64,000 bases of DNA from Mobula birostris (Eukaryota), in contig NC_092375.1 in assembly GCF_030028105.1 (NCBI RefSeq), positions 44,925,130 to 44,989,129 of the forward strand, given 5' to 3'. The position numbers were made by a program, and so were the translations under genes. The first letter of the stretch is position 1. The number at the start of each line of letters is the position of its first letter. Positions 59,801 through 64,000 of the stretch are shown here, in pieces. The notes under the pieces are model-generated. The model searched no databases, was not told where the DNA came from, and was given only the letters and a program-made list of their open reading frames with translations.

Positions 59801-61324
59801 AGTCATTCACGAGTCAGGTGCCAACAGAATTTACTGTCTTGCCAAACATTGTGGGCATGCGATGTTGGCACAAGAACATGTGTCGACACATGTGCAGTGC
59901 CCCATCACATGGTCAGCTGTGTTGGTTGTTAATGTAAGTGTACATTTCACAGTATGTTTCAACGTACGGGTGATAAGTGAATCCAAGTCTGAATATTCAC
60001 TGCAAATTATTGATCATCAATTCCCCTTCACTAATGTTTCTGTGTGTTATGGCAAGACAGTGATGTCTATAAAACTTCTTAGAAATGGTTTTGCTGTGGA
60101 TACTTGAGCAGCTCTCAGACTTGAAATTTGAAGATGAATCGCAGAAAATTACTATATGTTCCTGTATTCTCTGAAGGGTCAATGGTATTGGGGGTGAACT
60201 GCAGACATTTTAATTCCACCAAATACTATTCAGTTCAGTGATCTAATATCAAAAGAATTTTGAATACATATTAAATTCTACTTGTTACTGAAATGTACAC
60301 TGGCCTAAAAGCTAAAGAAAGGAACGAAAACACTTGCCCTCCTACACCATGAGGTCCGAAGTTTCTTTCCAGTTAACTTTGTTGCACACCCTGTTGATAC
60401 TTGGTCTTGATTTAGAAAACATGATCTTGCAAATGGTTGCAGGAATTCGAATTTATAAAATAGCTCAAGGATTTATTTGGATGTATTCAGAATTAATGCA
60501 AATGAAAAGATTAACGCTCTTAACAGTGCTCTTGAAGGATCTAGAATTAACCGTAGGCAGTATAACGCACACAGAGGATTTTCTAGACAGTTAACTCCAA
60601 GCAGAGCCAGACAGTGAATAGGACACGGTCTGGCAGGAAGCAGCCTTGGACAGGTCATTGCAGCACAACCTTCATCTTTGCCCCATATGGGCAATGTTGA
60701 GAAAACCGCGTCAAGGAGCGAAGACGTCACACGACTAGAATTTCCTGGTAGTACCACATACCCCTCAGCACACATTTGCTTTCAACTGTTGTGCCAGCAA
60801 CAACTACCTCAATAAAGCTGGCTTCTACCTGTCTATGAAGGTCAAGTGCAGTGCTTGCCCTTCCACTCAAATAGTATCACGTGAATGGGCAAGAACTGAT
60901 CCCACTCAAATGCTGAAAAAACCAACAACCATCCGAACCGTGACTCTCCATTAAGTTGGCTCTCAGTAAAAAGCCGTGGAAAATTGAACTAAATGAAATA
61001 AAAATGTAAAAACCTGAAAACTAGTGAATTCAGTTAACAAAGATATGTTTAAAGTATTTTCTTTATTCCTGCTCTATTGCAGTAAATGGTATCATTGTTC
61101 TTGTGCCAGTCCTGAACTGGCTCAGATTCAGAAAGCAAATTCCCCAACCCAGATGGTGGAGAATTGCAGGAAGTTACTGCTCCACAATTGGACTCTATAT
61201 CATGGGGAGTAGCCACTGACAAAACCAATACCACCTGCAAAGACCAGGATTCCTGCGTTCGTGTACACTCGTGCAAGAGTCTCAGATCTCCATTGGAGAA
61301 TATTTCTCATCAAAGTCCACACCA

Positions 61325-64000
61325 AAATAGAACATAGAACATAAAATAGTACAGCACAGTACAGGCCTTTCGGCCCACAATGTTCTGCCGACCCTTAAAC
61401 CCTGCCTCCAATATAACCCCCCACCTTAAATTCCTCCATATACCTGTCGAGTAGTCTCTTAAATTTCACTAGTGTATCTGCCTCCACCACTGACTCAGGC
61501 AGTGCATTCCACGCACCAACCACTCTCTGAGTAAAAAACCTTCATCTAATATCCCCCTTGAACTTCCCACCCCTTACCTTAAAGCCATGTCCTCTTGTAT
61601 TGAGCAGCGGTGCCCTGAGGAAGAGGTGCTGGCTGTCCACCCTATCTATTCCTCTTAATATCTTGTATACCTCTATCTTGTCTCCTCTCATCCTCCTTCT
61701 CTCCAAGGAGTAAAGCCCTAGCTCCCTTAATCGCTGATCATAATGCATACTCTCTAAACCAGGCAGCATCCTGGTAAATCTCCCCTGTACCCTTTCCAAA
61801 GCTTCTACATCCTTCCTATAGTGAGGCGACTAGAAATGAACACAGTACTCCAATTGTGGCCTAACCAGAGTTTTACAGAGCTGCATCATTACCTCGCAAC
61901 TCTTAAACTCTGTTCCTCAACTTATGAAAGCTAACAGCCCATATGCTTTCTTAACTACCCAATCTACCTGTGAGGCAACTTTCAGGGATCTGTGGACATG
62001 TACCCCCAGATCCCTCTGCTCCTCCACACTACCAAGTATCCTGCCATTTACTTTGTACTCTGTCTTAGAGTTTGTCCTTCCAAAGTGTACCACCTCACAC
62101 TTCTCCAGGTTGAACTCCATCTGCCACTTCTCAGCCTACTTCTGCATCCTATCAATGTCTCTCTGCAATCTTCGACAATCTTCTACACTATCTACAACAC
62201 CACCAACCTTTGTGTCGTCTGCAAACTTGCCAACCCACCCTTCTACCCCCACATCCAGGTTATTAATAAAAATCACAAAAAGTAGAGGTCTCAGAACTGA
62301 TCCTTGTGGGACACCACTAGACATAACCCTCCAATTTGAACCTACTCCCTCCACCACGACCCTCTGCCTTCTGCAGGCAAGCCAATTCTGAATCCGCCTG
62401 GCCAAACTTCCCTGGATCCCATGGCTTCTGACTTTCTGAATAAGCCTACTGTGTGGAACCTTGTCAAATGCCTTACTAAAATCCATGTAGATCACATCCA
62501 CTGCACTACCCTCATCTATATGCCTGGTCACCTCCTCAAAGAACTCTATCAGACTTGTTAGACACGATCTGCCCTTCACAAAGCCATGCTGACTGTCCCT
62601 GATCAGACCATGATTCTCTAAATGCCCATAGATCCTATCTTTAAGAATCTTTTCCAACAGCTTTCTCACCTCAGACGCAAGGCTCATTGGTCTATAATTA
62701 CCCAGACTATCCCTACTACCTTTTTTAAACAAGGGAACAACATTCGCCTCCCTCCAATCCTCCGGTACCATTCTCATGGACAACGAGGACATAAAGATCC
62801 TAGCCAGAGGCTCAGCAATCTCTTCCCTCGCCTCGTGGAGCAGCCTGGGGAATATTCCATCAGGCTCCAGGGACTTATCTGTCCGAATGTATTTTAACAA
62901 CTCCAACACTTCCTCTCCCTTAATATCAACATGCTCCAGAACATCAACCTCACTCATATTGTCCTCACCGTCATCAAGTTCCCTCTCATTGATGAATACC
63001 GAAGAGAAGTATTTATTGAGGACTTTGCTCACTTCCACAGCCTCCAGGCACATCTTCCCACCTTTATCTCTAATCGGTCCTACCCTTACTCCTGTCATCC
63101 TATTGTTTTTCACATAATTGAAGAATGCCTTGGGGTTTTCCTTTACCCTACTCACCAAGGCCTTCTCATGCCCCCTTCTTGCTCTTCTCAGCCCCTTCTT
63201 AAGCTCCTTTCTTGCTTCCCTATACTCCTCAATAGACCCATCTGATCCTTGCTTCCTAAACCTCATGTATGCCTTCTTCTACCTGACTAGATTTTCCACC
63301 TCATTTGTCACCCATGGTTCCTTCACCCTACCATTCTTTATCTTCCTCACCGGGACAAATTTATCCCTTACATCCCGCAAGAGATCTCTAAACATCGACC
63401 ACATGTCCATAGTACATTTCCCTGCAAAAACATCATCCCGATTCACACCCGCAAGATCTAGCCTTATAGTCTCATAATTTGCCCTTCCCCAATTCAAAAT
63501 TTTCCTGTTTTCTCTGATTCTATCCTTTTCCATGATAATGCTAAAGACCAGGGAGCGGTGGTCACTGTCCCCCAGATGCTCACCCACTGAGAGATCTGTG
63601 ACCTGACCCGGTTCGTTACCAAATACTAGATCTAGTATGGCATTCCCCCTAGTCGGCCTGTCAACATACTGTGACAGGAACCCATCCTGGACACACTTAA
63701 CAAACTCTGCCCCATCTAAACCCTTGGAAATAATCAGATGCCAATCAATATTAGGGAAGTTAAAGTCACCCATGATAACAACCCTGTTATTTTTGCACCT
63801 TTCCAAAATCTGCCTCCCAATCTGCTCCTCAGTATCTCTGTTGCTACCAGGGGGCCTATAGAATACCCCAGTAGAGTAACTGCTCCCTTCCTGTTCCTGA
63901 CTTCCACCCATACTGACTCAAAAGAGGATCCTGCTACATTACCCACCCTTTCCATAGCTGTAATAGTATCCATGATCAGTAATGCCAGTCCTCCTCCCCT
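61325..64000 (-). mobile_element. Young CR1 LINE, ORF2 APE-RT-3' end, runs off the window end
   Basis: ORFs 63279-63911 (GVFYRPP, VIMGDFN, ILDLVF, GDSDH), 62136-63266 (376 aa; [40 protein letters not shown]), 61917-62120 and 61542-61799; (CTATGTT)-type tail at ~61328. Confidence 0.95.

Noticed and set aside
60334-60775. Overlapping 86- and 100-aa ORFs in a slightly GC-richer patch
   Set aside because: No motif or splice support; cannot be distinguished from chance ORFs.
1-64000. CRISPR arrays, rRNA, true tRNA genes, prokaryotic operons or endogenous viral genes
   Set aside because: None seen. The tRNA-like A/B boxes at ~45935-46002 and ~48123 belong to SINE heads, and all RT motifs are non-LTR or Penelope type.

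Overview
Eukaryotic, vertebrate genomic DNA, probably a cartilaginous fish (inferred from the HE1-like V-SINE and the CR1, Penelope and L2/Rex1 repeat landscape). No prokaryotic features such as operons or CRISPR arrays. One host gene is supported, on the minus strand: a six-Ig-domain EWI-family type I membrane protein best matching PTGFRN (CD9P-1/EWI-F). Eight coding exons lie between 52176 and 31826. All have AG/GT boundaries and phase-1 introns, giving about 854 codons. The signal-peptide exon was not found and probably lies beyond 64000. Roughly half of the window is transposon-derived, often nested: CR1, L2/Rex1-type, L1, Tx1, a HERO-like REL-endonuclease element, Penelope-like elements (PLE), hAT derivatives and several SINEs. 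The main non-obvious signal is a minimal hammerhead-ribozyme motif in the PLE 3' terminus. It has an intact core in a young copy lying in sense within a PTGFRN intron, and it recurs in several short fold-back hairpin insertions with different junctions. Other notable items are a 5-residue in-frame shortening of PTGFRN Ig3, a divergent cytoplasmic tail, a young HERO-like fragment and an unexplained ~70-nt hairpin. PLE-associated hammerheads are a known class, so any novelty lies in this lineage and architecture, not in the concept. Repeat boundaries are approximate unless a TSD or TIR is quoted.
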